Positions 20,109-30,699 of a stretch of 64,000 nucleotides of DNA are shown one piece after another (position 1 is the stretch's first letter; every line of letters starts with the position of its first letter). A model generated the notes under the pieces. It did no database searches, was not told the DNA's origin, and saw only the letters and a program-made list of their open reading frames with translations. The stretch spans positions 416,001-480,000 of the forward strand of contig JAVJNR010000008.1 of the NCBI GenBank assembly GCA_040217195.1, written 5' to 3'. Made by a program: the position numbers and the translations under genes. The stretch is from Leptospiraceae bacterium (GTDB lineage Bacteria; Spirochaetota; Leptospiria; Leptospirales; Leptonemataceae).

Positions 20109-21066
20109 CTTCGTTCTCTACGGCCTCAGGTTCTGCATCCGGTTTGGGCGCTTCGGTGCCGGTATCCAGAGGACTGGATTCAGGCAGGAACCTTGGATTG
20201 GAGAGATTTCCCTCCAGCTTGAAACAGAGTTCTCCACCGCCGGCGCCACCAAAGGCTGTATAGAAGTCATAAATGGCACGGTTCTCCTGCTGTAAATCCG
20301 ATACCGGCCTCAGGCAAATTCGCCCATTTAGCTGCATGCTGGCCAGAGGACCCCGAATTGTGCCTCTTCCGGTTAAACGAATATCAAACAGATTGGTCTG
20401 AAGCTTGCTGCCTTCAAAATTGACTCCACCTCCATCAAAGCCCATTCGTATGCGTCCCTGGCTAACAACCAGATCGGAAGGAGAGATGGGCAGCGGAATT
20501 CCGGAAGGAAGTGCTGTAAAATTCACGGACTGTAGCTCTAGCTCTAGATCGCCCACCCAGGTGGATGCAGGCTGTGCTAGAGATTCTGGCAAATTCAGCT
20601 TCAGCATAGCTTTTTCGCCGGTAACGGCCACATCCCCTGCCTGTAAACTGAACTTGCCGTTTAGAATAATGTTACCCTGGAGATCATCCTTCAGTAATCC
20701 AATCCAGGAAATTCCGGATTCTACCAGAGGACTTGAAATAGTAAAGTTCCCCACCCGAAATTGAAATCCTTCTATTTCATCGCTACCAAATGCATTTAGA
20801 TTGATGGATGTGAAGTCTGCCTGCATTCCTGATTGTGGATCCTGCAGAACGCTTCGAATAATAATCTCCAGCGGAAAGAGTGCTACAAAGAATACAACAA
20901 AGGAAAGAAGAACTGAAACTCCAATCCATATCTTCTGTCGACCGGTCAAAGTGGTCTCTTCAAAGTCATCGTCGATATCAGTGCCCGGCTCTTCAAGCAA
21001 GACCGGATCCGGTTCCACCGGTGGGGCGGAATCGTATTGCTCTTCCAGCAACTCTTCGTCAGCCAT
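20065..21066 (-). CDS. gspN: Type II secretion protein GspN-like
   Basis: Single TM ending ALFP followed by a beta-rich periplasmic domain; last gene of the K-L-M-N run; acidic termini. Confidence 0.6.
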   Translation of the reverse strand: MADEELLEEQYDSAPPVEPDPVLLEEPGTDIDDDFEETTLTGRQKIWIGVSVLLSFVVFFVALFPLEIIIRSVLQDPQSGMQADFTSINLNAFGSDEIEGFQFRVGNFTISSPLVESGISWIGLLKDDLQGNIILNGKFSLQAGDVAVTGEKAMLKLNLPESLAQPASTWVGDLELELQSVNFTALPSGIPLPISPSDLVVSQGRIRMGFDGGGVNFEGSKLQTNLFDIRLTGRGTIRGPLASMQLNGRICLRPVSDLQQENRAIYDFYTAFGGAGGGELCFKLEGNLSNPRFLPESSPLDTGTEAPKPDAEPEAVENEDEEGTPDTGEQESP

Positions 21067-21581
21067 TACCGCTCTCCTCCACCCTGGGCCGGTCTTTGAA
21101 CAGATATCTTAATTCGAACGTCGTATACTTCCTTTTCCGAGTAAGGCCTGGTGATCTGTAGATCCTCCACTCGAGCAGATACCGCTCCGCCTACCTCCAC
21201 CTGATATAAAAACTGAAATACATCCACCAGCTTCTCTGAATTAAAACTAATATCTACTACAATCTTTTCCTGACCCTTGCTTACCTGAGTCACATTGGAA
21301 TTCATGCTGGATCGTTGCAATCCCTGGCTTTCAATCATCTGACGAAGCTGATTCTTTAATTGCTCTTCGGACGGGGCCTGGCTACCAGAAGGAAGTCTTT
21401 GAATTAACTGACCCATCTGTCGAATCTTCTGCAGATCCTGTCTGGCAGTTTCCACTCTAGTTCTCAGTTCTGCCCTGTGTCCCAGGATTGTAATAATACC
21501 CAGAATAAGCAGAAAAGCTGCGATAATTAGCCCACCACCAAAGACAAACATCCTCTCTCTGTCGTTTAACTTATCCAGCAT
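21066..21581 (-). CDS. gspM: Type II secretion protein GspM-like
   Basis: KLNDRERM + TM + coiled coil + ferredoxin-like domain (VFQFLYQVE). Confidence 0.75.
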   Translation of the reverse strand: MLDKLNDRERMFVFGGGLIIAAFLLILGIITILGHRAELRTRVETARQDLQKIRQMGQLIQRLPSGSQAPSEEQLKNQLRQMIESQGLQRSSMNSNVTQVSKGQEKIVVDISFNSEKLVDVFQFLYQVEVGGAVSARVEDLQITRPYSEKEVYDVRIKISVQRPAQGGGER

Positions 21582-23239
21582 CAGTCGCAGCTCACTCCCG
21601 AGGTTCCGCCATCGTTGGCCAGATTAATGGTAAATCGAACCCTTACTTTCTGGCCCGGCAATTCATCGGACCGACTTTCAGTAACTGCAGAAAACATTTT
21701 GCTTTCTCGCAAGGCCTGCTGCACCTGAGCGATTTGTGTGGATCTTCCCAGTTCCAGTCCAAGATCTACCTGGTTTTCCCTGTAATGCAGTACCTTGACT
21801 TTTAATTCGCCTACTTCGGCTCGGGCCGGCGTCTTTTCAGAGATTTCCCGAAGAATATCCAGGCTGCGAAAACCGCCGTACCTGGTCTGAGCCATGGCCA
21901 ATCTTTCATTGCAGACCGTCCTTACTGCATCCACGGGGACCTGGGCTCCGGGCCGGTAACCCGGAACAATTCGCTGGGCTTCCTTGTCTGCAATGGCGCG
22001 ATATTCGGCCAGGCGACTTCGATCCATGGCAATCCCAACTATAAAACCAATGAGTAAAACTACAAGCCCCACAGATGCAATGTAAAGCGGAGTGGAAAAA
22101 GCACTGAGTCGAATTTCGCCTCTTCGCAGAGTACTGCCGAACGGTGTGGAAAGAAAATCGATTCTTTCCTTTTGTTTCCGCGCGAAATGTTCCATCATGC
22201 CCAGGGCCATGACCCAGGGGGCAATGTTCTCCGTTTCCAGCTGAAGCGGGTACGGATTCACCGGAATTCCCAGGCTAGTCTCAAGAAAATCATCGCATCC
22301 AGGCAGGGTTGCTCCACCGCCAGAGATATACACAGCATCTGGTGAGGGCACCGGAGCGGAAATTAGAGTTCGTTCAATCTCTGCAGCTACTTCGCGGTAG
22401 AAATCCTTTGTTTTACGGATTATCTTCTTCGCATCTTCTTTGTTCAGCCGGTACATGGCCAGAACGGCTTCATTGTATCCACCGGACTTACTTTCGCTTA
22501 CATCCAGTTCAAGGTCCTTAATTAGAGACTCAGCACGTTCCAGTTCATAACCGGTAATCTCCTGAATCTCCTGGATTAAATCCTGAAAACCGAAAGGAAT
22601 ACTTCTGGTAAAGCACACAGCACCGGAATCCAGAAGATTGATCAAAGTATCCTGATAGCCAATATCCGCCTGGCCCAGAATCTTTCCCAGAAATAGATGC
22701 TCGGGAAGCATCTGGATGGCGCTGGCCAGAGCAGCCGTAGGCACAGTCAGCATTCGAACGTTTCCACCACTGCGAATCAAGGGATCCACTGCGGCTTCAA
22801 TAGAATTCAAGGGTGCCGTATAGGAAATAAAATGACTGGCTTCTTCGTCCGATTTCCAGTATTCACCTATCACCTCTGCATCTTCCAGCGAGATAGGAAC
22901 CTTGTTCTCGACCTCGTTTGGAAGTATCTCCAGGGCCTGCACCGGGTGGACCACTGGAATGTCGATATCTCGAACATAGGTCTCGCTTAATGGAAGTGTT
23001 AGAATGTAGCTGGTCTCTTCCGGGAAAAAGGACTGGATAAATCGTACCAGGTTATATTCGTAATCGTCCCGGGCTGCATCTTCTTCGCTTTCTGCTTCCG
23101 GACGATCTGCTCTGCTCACAGCGGGCAGCATCTCTGCTCTTAGAATCTTTCGGGCTCCCAGGCCTTCCTGGACCAGGAGTCCTTTAATGTACCGATTTCC
23201 ACAGTCAATGATTAGGTATCTGTTCTGAAATAATGCCAT
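21581..23239 (-). CDS. gspL: Type II secretion protein GspL (PilM-like actin fold fused to TM/PilN-like domain)
   Basis: IIDCGNRYIK, DIGYQDT, TRSIPFG, YISGGGA actin-like motifs; TM near residue 390. Confidence 0.8.
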   Translation of the reverse strand: MALFQNRYLIIDCGNRYIKGLLVQEGLGARKILRAEMLPAVSRADRPEAESEEDAARDDYEYNLVRFIQSFFPEETSYILTLPLSETYVRDIDIPVVHPVQALEILPNEVENKVPISLEDAEVIGEYWKSDEEASHFISYTAPLNSIEAAVDPLIRSGGNVRMLTVPTAALASAIQMLPEHLFLGKILGQADIGYQDTLINLLDSGAVCFTRSIPFGFQDLIQEIQEITGYELERAESLIKDLELDVSESKSGGYNEAVLAMYRLNKEDAKKIIRKTKDFYREVAAEIERTLISAPVPSPDAVYISGGGATLPGCDDFLETSLGIPVNPYPLQLETENIAPWVMALGMMEHFARKQKERIDFLSTPFGSTLRRGEIRLSAFSTPLYIASVGLVVLLIGFIVGIAMDRSRLAEYRAIADKEAQRIVPGYRPGAQVPVDAVRTVCNERLAMAQTRYGGFRSLDILREISEKTPARAEVGELKVKVLHYRENQVDLGLELGRSTQIAQVQQALRESKMFSAVTESRSDELPGQKVRVRFTINLANDGGTSGVSCD

Positions 23240-23271
23240 GTTCCGGTCTGCCTGTTTCCCGACTCTTTCTC

Positions 23272-24417
23272 CTAGTCCTCTCTATAGTAGAGAAGCCTTG
23301 CATTCTTCCGATCATAGAGACCCACCACTCTGCGAACAACAAGGGCCTCCTCTCCTTTATCGGAACCCAGGTCCACTGTACCGATTCCTACAATGCGGTA
23401 AATGTCACCTTCCGTCTTAATTAATGAGGTATTCTCCCCTCCTCCACCGGTGATTTCCTCATACAGAGTGACGCCAAGCTCCGTTTGCACCTGAAAGGAA
23501 GGCAATTCCCGTAGTTTCGCTATGTCATCAATGTATCCATTGTTTTGCCTTCTTAGCTTGAATAGTTCCAGAACCGCCTTCTGGCTCATGGAATTGCTCA
23601 ACGCCAGCACTGTATGATATCGGGCTGCATTGATATTAATTCTGCCATTGTCCCCTGGTGGAGGAAGATAGGCTGTGATGTTATTGGCCAGGACATAATC
23701 GTCCACAGTTTTGAGGTTCTTTTCATCGATGGTTTGAAATGCCAGTTCTTCCTGATCTTCGGCCCATCCCTCGGGTTCCCTGGATTCATAGATCATTTCC
23801 TGGCTGAATCCTTTGACCATGGCCAGTTCGGACAGACTAAATAAACGGAAGTTCTTGATCTTCCTGGAAGGTTGAAGCGATTCATAATAAGAGCGTTCCG
23901 CACCTCGGCCTTCAACCGTATCGTTTTCATCGATCCAGTCTATGAGTGCATCAATGTTCTCCACCGGAATATCCAGGGCCAGTGGTTGAAATAATCGCCG
24001 CAGAATAGCTCGGTAGGTTTCATTGGGACGGTCCTCAAATGTAAGAACCAGATTGTTCACGTTTACCTTTCCATCTTCGGGCAGGATTCGGTAGCTAATG
24101 TAGCAACCTTTGCAATCCTTGCTGATGGCAATGTTGGGCGGATTGAGTATTAATCCGCTGCTATAGAGATACTCTTCAGGAACGTTGCGAATGGCGGCCA
24201 GTCCAGCCTGAAAGCCTGCATGGGCCAGCAAACGGGCCTTAAATCCCTCTGCCAGTACCTGAGCTGCTTTGAATTGCCCAAAACTCTTTTTCTGAAAAGG
24301 CAGGGCTATAAATTCGGTGGCGGTTAATCCCATCACCACACATAGCAGGATAACAATTCCCCCTCTTCTTCCCTTTCTGGAAAAGGGCCTTCGGCGCCTT
24401 GTTCCCGGTGCATTCAT
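23272..24417 (-). CDS. gspK: Type II secretion minor pseudopilin GspK
   Basis: Basic leader RRGG|IVILL; GKVNVN, ALIDWIDEND, GAE..YY, SLSELAMVKG, ININAA motifs. Confidence 0.9.
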   Translation of the reverse strand: MNAPGTRRRRPFSRKGRRGGIVILLCVVMGLTATEFIALPFQKKSFGQFKAAQVLAEGFKARLLAHAGFQAGLAAIRNVPEEYLYSSGLILNPPNIAISKDCKGCYISYRILPEDGKVNVNNLVLTFEDRPNETYRAILRRLFQPLALDIPVENIDALIDWIDENDTVEGRGAERSYYESLQPSRKIKNFRLFSLSELAMVKGFSQEMIYESREPEGWAEDQEELAFQTIDEKNLKTVDDYVLANNITAYLPPPGDNGRININAARYHTVLALSNSMSQKAVLELFKLRRQNNGYIDDIAKLRELPSFQVQTELGVTLYEEITGGGGENTSLIKTEGDIYRIVGIGTVDLGSDKGEEALVVRRVVGLYDRKNARLLYYRED

Positions 24418-24425
24418 ACTTCGAT

Positions 24426-24461
24426 AAAAAAGAAAGGCTTTCGTGTCCGAAAGCCTTTTTT
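24426..24461. terminator. Bidirectional terminator-like hairpin immediately upstream of gspK
   Basis: A6-G-AAAGGCTTTCG-TGTC-CGAAAGCCTTT-TTT. Confidence 0.65.
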
Positions 24462-24522
24462 GATCATTTGGGAGAAGAGCTCTCCCTTTCTGAGCGAAGA
24501 AAAAGAATTAGAATCAGATCCT

Positions 24523-24553
24523 GCTGCCATCTGTCTATCTGACAGATGGCAGC
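24523..24553. terminator. Perfect 13-bp stem-loop downstream of flgE
   Basis: GCTGCCATCTGTC-TATCT-GACAGATGGCAGC; no adjacent U-run, so it may be a stabilising or processing hairpin. Confidence 0.5.
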
Positions 24554-24636
24554 GGCGGCTCGAAGAATTTTGAAATCCAGCTTTCAAAGCCTGAATCTCA
24601 GATTACTCCTGACCGCTTGCTGAGCCAGTTATCGGC

Positions 24637-26028
24637 CTATCGTTTCAGTCCCAGCACTTCCTGGATCATCTGATCTGTGGTAGTGATGGTTCGCGAGTTA
24701 GCCTGAAAGCCTCTCTGAGTTACAATCATATCAGTAAACTGATCGGCCAGATCCACATTGGACATCTCAAGAAGACCGGCATTGATCTTACCTTTTCCTG
24801 CCAGACCGGCTTCTCCAATATTCGCCTCTCCGGAGTTCATGGAATAAGCAAATTTGGTTTCCCCTGCTTTATCCAGACCGGCCGGATTGGTAAACGTGGC
24901 AAGTGCAATTCGGGCCAGAGGCTCTTTCACACCATTAGAATAGGTTCCGGTAATGGTCCCGGTATTATCGATGGAGAAAGCTTCCAGATATCCCATGGGA
25001 TATCCATCCTGCTCTACAGCCTTGGTAGTGAAATCCGAGGCATACTGAGTTACACCTTTCACTTCTCCGGCCTGACCCATATCCATGGTAAATGTCTGAG
25101 TTTCTGGATTTCCAGGAATGCGAAAAGAGACCTGAATCTCAAGCTTTCCGTCGTTTAGAGTGTCCACGCCATCGCTAACATTCATCAAACGACCGTCGCT
25201 GGAAAATCCCAGTTCGAAGTTATTGCTTCCAGGAACAGCTGTATCCTGACCGGCCGGACCGGTCACATTAACAGAGACGTTGGTGGCGCCATCTAGATTG
25301 ACTCGTCCAGTCCAGCGGTTCTCATCGGTCTTCCACATTTCCAGTCGGAGCTCTCGCTTATTTCCTTCTGGATCATAGACGTTGATTGTAGTGGCATGGC
25401 CTCTTCTTTGATCCGGTGGTCCACTGATGAATTGGTTGATCTGTTCTTCCGTTGCATCCGCAGGCACTATATCCACAGCCTGATTCAGGTTGGACTGAAA
25501 TACTACTTCCTGAGTTGCCTTGGCTGGCTTCTTGGAATACAGAGGAATCTTAATATCTTCGATGGATGCAGATGTGTTTACATATGCATTTTCGTTTTCA
25601 TCCATGCGAGCATTCCAGCCCTGCACATGCAGACCTGTGCCTGGATGAACGTAATTACCATCTTTATCAATGTTGAAGAATCCTGCTCTGGTATAGAACT
25701 GCTTGTCTCCATCGCGGATAACAAAGAAGCCTTCGCCGGAGATAGCCACATCGGTATTTTTACCCGTGGTCTGCAGCGAACCCTGAGTCATGATTTTATC
25801 TATTGAAGAGATCATGGAACCCAGACCAACCTGCATCGGGTTAATACCTCCAATGTTCTCTTTAGGTTCTGAGGCACCGCTCAATTCCTGGCTGATCATA
25901 TCCATGAAATTCACTCTTTCGGATTTATATCCATGAGTATTCACGTTGGCCACATTGTGACCGATCACATCCATTCGAACCTGGTGGTTCTTTAACCCGG
26001 AAACGCCGGAATACAGTGAACGCATCAT
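24637..26028 (-). CDS. flgE: Flagellar hook protein
   Basis: [27 protein letters not shown]-terminal [31 protein letters not shown]. Confidence 0.97.
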   Translation of the reverse strand: MMRSLYSGVSGLKNHQVRMDVIGHNVANVNTHGYKSERVNFMDMISQELSGASEPKENIGGINPMQVGLGSMISSIDKIMTQGSLQTTGKNTDVAISGEGFFVIRDGDKQFYTRAGFFNIDKDGNYVHPGTGLHVQGWNARMDENENAYVNTSASIEDIKIPLYSKKPAKATQEVVFQSNLNQAVDIVPADATEEQINQFISGPPDQRRGHATTINVYDPEGNKRELRLEMWKTDENRWTGRVNLDGATNVSVNVTGPAGQDTAVPGSNNFELGFSSDGRLMNVSDGVDTLNDGKLEIQVSFRIPGNPETQTFTMDMGQAGEVKGVTQYASDFTTKAVEQDGYPMGYLEAFSIDNTGTITGTYSNGVKEPLARIALATFTNPAGLDKAGETKFAYSMNSGEANIGEAGLAGKGKINAGLLEMSNVDLADQFTDMIVTQRGFQANSRTITTTDQMIQEVLGLKR

Positions 26029-26043
26029 AAGCTTCTTTGCTCC

Positions 26044-27027
26044 TTACACAGCCAGAGACATGGCTCTGGACTCCTCTTTATTTTCTTGATACAGATGATT
26101 GAAATAGGACTGACTGGATTTTCGATCTTCCTCGGATTGTTTCTCCAATTCGCTTTCCGGTTTATTTGTTTCCGGAAGCACCGGCCCGGGACGAAGCTCT
26201 GGACTTACCTTTTGAGGCTCCTCGCCAGACTTTATCTCCGGAATATGCTTTAAGAGTTCTTCAGTAGTGGCCGCCGGTTCAGAGGCTTTGTTGTCCAGGC
26301 CTGTTTCAGCCCCGGGGCGAACATCCTCATTGGCCGGAGTTACAGGATTGGTCTGGGCAGGCTTAACGCCGGGTTCCAGAGCCGGATTTCTGCCAGGTGC
26401 TGGCTGTTGCGGATTGGATTGCGAGATTCCCATCTCATCCGGTGCAGTTCTTTCCGGTCTGGAAGGATTTGCAGGATTGGCGGGATTGGCAGGCTCCTTT
26501 CTGGTAGCGGGCCCTTCATCTGGACCATACCCGCCATATTCCTTTTTGAACTGGTGCGGATCTCCAATCAATGAAACGTCGTTTAGATTAATAGTGCGGC
26601 CGCGCACTTTTACGAATCCTTCGCCGGATCCATCATAGAATATTGCGGCAGCGACTCCGGTCACTTCCTGCCCGGTTACAAAGTCTTTTCCAACTACGAA
26701 TTTTCCAACAATATTTGCAGACTGTCTTTCGCTGAGTTTGCTCAGGTTCTTGGACACATTTTGCATCTGCTCCAGAGAGGAAAATTGCGCCATTTGAGCG
26801 ATGAAATCCTGGTCTGTCTGAGGCTTGGTCGGATCCTGATGAGTTAATTGAGTCACCAGTAGCTTGAGAAAATCATCCTTACCCAGAGACTTGATTGTCT
26901 CGCGTACTTCTACACCGTTTAGACCGCTATCCTTGAGCTTTTGCTGCTTTTCCAGCTCATTCTTAATGCTGACGCTTCTGTCCTGTTGCAGGTACTGATC
27001 TTTCGCTTTTAAATCCACTGGTTCCAT
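26044..27027 (-). CDS. flgD: Flagellar hook capping protein with long Pro/Glu-rich C-terminal tail
   Basis: LGKDDFLKLLVTQLTHQDPTKP..DFIAQMAQFSSLEQM; lies between fliK and flgE. Confidence 0.93.
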   Translation of the reverse strand: MEPVDLKAKDQYLQQDRSVSIKNELEKQQKLKDSGLNGVEVRETIKSLGKDDFLKLLVTQLTHQDPTKPQTDQDFIAQMAQFSSLEQMQNVSKNLSKLSERQSANIVGKFVVGKDFVTGQEVTGVAAAIFYDGSGEGFVKVRGRTINLNDVSLIGDPHQFKKEYGGYGPDEGPATRKEPANPANPANPSRPERTAPDEMGISQSNPQQPAPGRNPALEPGVKPAQTNPVTPANEDVRPGAETGLDNKASEPAATTEELLKHIPEIKSGEEPQKVSPELRPGPVLPETNKPESELEKQSEEDRKSSQSYFNHLYQENKEESRAMSLAV

Positions 27028-27107
27028 TTTCTTTTTGCCTTCAGATACGAATCAACTCTAGCATAATCCCGTTGATATCAATAACTCTATAATTCTGCGC
27101 CGCTGCC

Positions 27108-28967
27108 TCAAACACTCAGGTCGATGCGGCCGGCACCGCTTCCCACCAGAAGACCTTCACTGACATCTGCGATGGATCGTTCTTCCAGCGTAGGTCCGGT
27201 GCTATCGTACTTCTCGGTATTTTCAGGATTTTCTGAAGGCGAGTTTCCCTCTCTTTCCTTGCTATTTCCGTTCTGCAGATCCTGCTGATCAAACTGCATG
27301 GACTGTCGGTTCTCCTGCTGTAGTTGACTCTGCAGAGATTCCCGGGTTTTAATATTTAGCGTATCCAGTTGGATGCCATGCTTTGCAAGTTCCTGACGCA
27401 GATTGTCTATGTCTTCCTGGATCATCTTGAATGCTTGCTGGTTTTCTACCAGGACGCGGCCGCTGATTACATTGTCCTTCATCACAAGATCCAGATGCAT
27501 TCTACCCAGATGCTCCGGATTCATGCGAATCTGTGCAGTGGAGCGACCATCGGATCCCAGGCGTACTCTGGCCTGTTCTACCATTTTTTCGAATTGCTTG
27601 CGATCGTATGGTAGTGCTTCTTTATTCTCAGCGGTGGCTTTGCTGCGAGCATCCGCTGCAGCCACAGAATCCATTCTGAAGTTCAGGGTTTGTCCATCGG
27701 ATCTGGATTGATTCTGACTCTGTCCGTCTCCGCCCTTTCCGCTGGTAGATGCTTTTTCATCGGTGCGAACTCGCATCTCGGATGAAAGGCCCGGACCTTC
27801 CACGTTCCATTTGCTTTCAGGAACCTGGCGACCTCCCACAACATTGCCGCTTACAACTTCTGTGTTAGTGCGAAAGGCACTCTGGGCCAGATCCTTAAGG
27901 TTTTTTAGATCCTTTCGGTCCAGTTCCTCTACAATCCGCTGGATGAAGGTATTCAGATCCTTTCCTTCTCGCATTGCTTTCAGCGCTTTGTCGAATTCCG
28001 GATGAGCCTGGATTTTATCTTTGATTTCTTTTAGTTCGTTGCGATCCAGAGACGTTAATCGATCCCACAGGCCCTCTTTGCCTTTGCTGGAAACAGTCTC
28101 TTCAGATTTCTCTCCAGACTTTTCGTTCTGGATCAGTGCCTGCTTAAGGATTGCTTCTGTAAGAGCCCCTTTTTCTGATTCACTGGAGACCTGAAATTTC
28201 TGTCCCTGTTGTCCGCTTATTCCGGCGATGGAGCCAGCATCCGAAGCTCTGGTATGGGAACCGGTTTCTTTCGTAGTTTCCGAATCCTTCCTGGAACTGC
28301 TTAGCTTTCCTTCAGTTTCTTTTTCTGTACTCGAGCGCTCTGCCTGTTTTTCTTTCTTTGCGGCCAGGCTGGCTTCCTTTTCGGCAGCCTGTTTTTCCTG
28401 TCGTTCAGCCTCAATCCTTGCTTCTTTGCGGTCCTGTTGCTCTTGAATACGATCGCGGCCTTTTAGATCTGCCTCTTTTTGACGAGCGTCCAGTTCTGCT
28501 TTCTGCTGCTTTTGCTTTTCCAGGTCCCGCAACTCGGCGGCCTTTTCCCGGGAGGCATTCAGTTGCTCTTGCTGGTTGGAGCGATAGTCCGAATCTAAAT
28601 CGGAGTTTTGGTTAATTGCATTCTGCTCTTTTGCCGGAGCTGAGTTGTCCTCCATTCCCGCTGCATAAAAATAGCTCTGGGAATCCCGCACCTTTTCTGT
28701 CTGAGGGGGAATGCTGAATTCATACTGAGCTGCCGGGCTTAGAGGTTCTTGGGCAACGGGAGCCAGGTCTATGGGACTCTGAGTCGCAATGGGTCGGAAC
28801 TCCCCGGGAAAATTTCGTGCACCTGGAGTTCCCCGGCTTTCAGAATCGGAAGCGCCCAGTAGATGAATGAAGCTAAGACCCTGGGGGGCTTCCGAGTTGC
28901 CCCGGTTCGCAAGAGTTGCTTCCGGTGACTTATGACCGGATACAATTGGAAGCATTGCACTTTGCAT
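27108..28967 (-). CDS. fliK: Flagellar hook-length control protein
   Basis: Long low-complexity N-terminus; C-terminal AQIRMNPEHLGRMHLDL...LRQEL..HGI domain; upstream of flgD. Confidence 0.88.
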   Translation of the reverse strand: MQSAMLPIVSGHKSPEATLANRGNSEAPQGLSFIHLLGASDSESRGTPGARNFPGEFRPIATQSPIDLAPVAQEPLSPAAQYEFSIPPQTEKVRDSQSYFYAAGMEDNSAPAKEQNAINQNSDLDSDYRSNQQEQLNASREKAAELRDLEKQKQQKAELDARQKEADLKGRDRIQEQQDRKEARIEAERQEKQAAEKEASLAAKKEKQAERSSTEKETEGKLSSSRKDSETTKETGSHTRASDAGSIAGISGQQGQKFQVSSESEKGALTEAILKQALIQNEKSGEKSEETVSSKGKEGLWDRLTSLDRNELKEIKDKIQAHPEFDKALKAMREGKDLNTFIQRIVEELDRKDLKNLKDLAQSAFRTNTEVVSGNVVGGRQVPESKWNVEGPGLSSEMRVRTDEKASTSGKGGDGQSQNQSRSDGQTLNFRMDSVAAADARSKATAENKEALPYDRKQFEKMVEQARVRLGSDGRSTAQIRMNPEHLGRMHLDLVMKDNVISGRVLVENQQAFKMIQEDIDNLRQELAKHGIQLDTLNIKTRESLQSQLQQENRQSMQFDQQDLQNGNSKEREGNSPSENPENTEKYDSTGPTLEERSIADVSEGLLVGSGAGRIDLSV

Positions 28968-29203
28968 CGTACACTGATTCGTAAAAATCGCAGGCTTCCA
29001 TAAGCGAATTTGCTCCAGTATGAAGGTTTACAGCCGCCAATACTGCATTTTTTTTCAGAAGACATTCAAGACGACATAATAGCCAGAATCAAAGTGACAT
29101 AAGGATTCTAATCCGGCATCCAGAGCTGATCGGGGCTGGATGCCTGGAGATCATAGAATACCCCACACTTGACAGGGAAAGAACGGCCGGCGCCCCTGGA
29201 TCA

Positions 29204-29695
29204 ATGCATGAAGCAAAGACCAGACAGGAACGAGTGGAGCAGACACTGGAAAATGGAACCTTTGACTTCAAGTGTACCGCCTGCGGGAACTGCTGCAAAG
29301 GACCGGGGGATGTTTATTTTACCGAAGAAGATTTGCAGGCTATTAAAGACTACTTACAACTTTCCGCTTTCGCATTCTCCCGATTAAAGCGGAAGTTGAT
29401 TCAGGAAAAGATTCCTGGATACTATGTGCATCGTTCTGGAGATGCCTGCATTCTGCTGGAGAACAATCAATGCTCCATCTATCCTGTACGTCCCATGCAA
29501 TGCAGCACCTTTCCATTCTGGCCTTCCAATTTCCAGAGCAAAGCCAATTTCCGGCAGCTCAAGAAGGAATGCCCCGGAACCATGTCCGGACAGGGAAAAC
29601 CTTTGAGTGCAGAAACGGTAACTCGCAGGGTACGAAAAACCGAGAAAGAATTCCTGGAACCCCAGCAAAATACAGATCGCCCGATTATGCTTTGA
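29204..29695 (+). CDS. YkgJ/CxxCxxCC-family Cys-cluster protein
   Basis: FKCTACGNCC, CILL...CSIYPVRPMQCSTFPFW, CPG. Confidence 0.9.
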   Translation: MHEAKTRQERVEQTLENGTFDFKCTACGNCCKGPGDVYFTEEDLQAIKDYLQLSAFAFSRLKRKLIQEKIPGYYVHRSGDACILLENNQCSIYPVRPMQCSTFPFWPSNFQSKANFRQLKKECPGTMSGQGKPLSAETVTRRVRKTEKEFLEPQQNTDRPIML

Positions 29696-29809
29696 TTGGA
29701 GCCCGGGTCCTTAAAATCCCAGAGCATCAAATATAATCGCTGAACTTCAATCTGACGGCCAGGGGAATCAAAAGAATTGATCCCAGATGCCTGAGCCCTG
29801 CAATGGCGT

Positions 29810-30691
29810 ATGCAGCCCACATACCGGGGAAAAGTAAGAGATCTTTATGACCTGGACGATCAGATTCTACTGGTTTCCAGCGATCGGCTTTCCGCTTTCG
29901 ATGTAGTTTTTCCGGATTCCATTCCCGGCAAAGGTAAAATCCTGAACCAGGTATCCACAAAATGGTTTCGATGGCTCCGCCAAACCGGGCTGCAACAGAA
30001 GCTGAATTTCAAAGATCACTGGATCTCATCCAATCCATCCGATTTTCCAGAGCCTTTCTGCGACGATACGAAACTGGAAGGCCGTAGCTGCCTGGTGCTT
30101 AAAACTCAAAGAGTGGACTTTGAATGTGTGGTCCGCGGATACATTGCAGGTTCAGGATGGAAGGACTATCAAAAGAATGGCTCTATTTGCGGCATTGAAT
30201 TACCCCCTGGATTGCGGCTGGGAGATCAGCTTCCAGAGCCAATATTCACACCAGCCACCAAGGCGGCTGTGGGCGATCACGATGAAAACATTGGATTTGA
30301 AGTCATGGAAAAGTCCCTGGGAGAGCTGGCCCACCGACTGAAAGACATTTCCATAGCAATATTCAAAGAGGCTTCCGCTCTGATGGCAGACCAGGGAATT
30401 CTTCTATGTGATACTAAGTTTGAATTTGGTCTCTTGAGTGATGAAATCTATATAATCGATGAAATGCTCACTCCAGATTCCAGCCGTTACTGGGAGGCCT
30501 CTCAGTATGAACCTGGTAAAAACCAGGCCGGATTCGATAAGCAGTACATTCGGGATTATGTGGAGCAGCTTGGCTGGAATAAGACTCCGCCGGCTCCGAA
30601 ATTACCCGACAACGTGATTCAAAGAACTGTGGAACTCTATGAGGAGATAAGAAAAAGGATTGATGCAGCTCTGGAGGCAGGACAAGAGTAG
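29810..30691 (+). CDS. purC: SAICAR synthetase
   Basis: YRGKVRDLY, SDRLSAFD, ECVVRGY, DTKFEFG, DEMLTPDSSRYW, DKQYIRD. Confidence 0.97.
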   Translation: MQPTYRGKVRDLYDLDDQILLVSSDRLSAFDVVFPDSIPGKGKILNQVSTKWFRWLRQTGLQQKLNFKDHWISSNPSDFPEPFCDDTKLEGRSCLVLKTQRVDFECVVRGYIAGSGWKDYQKNGSICGIELPPGLRLGDQLPEPIFTPATKAAVGDHDENIGFEVMEKSLGELAHRLKDISIAIFKEASALMADQGILLCDTKFEFGLLSDEIYIIDEMLTPDSSRYWEASQYEPGKNQAGFDKQYIRDYVEQLGWNKTPPAPKLPDNVIQRTVELYEEIRKRIDAALEAGQE

Positions 30692-30699
30692 CCTGTTGC

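Noticed and set aside
28968..29203. Sigma54 or sigma28 flagellar promoter upstream of fliK
   Set aside because: No convincing TGGCAC-N5-TTGC or TAAA-N15-GCCGATAA match found by eye.
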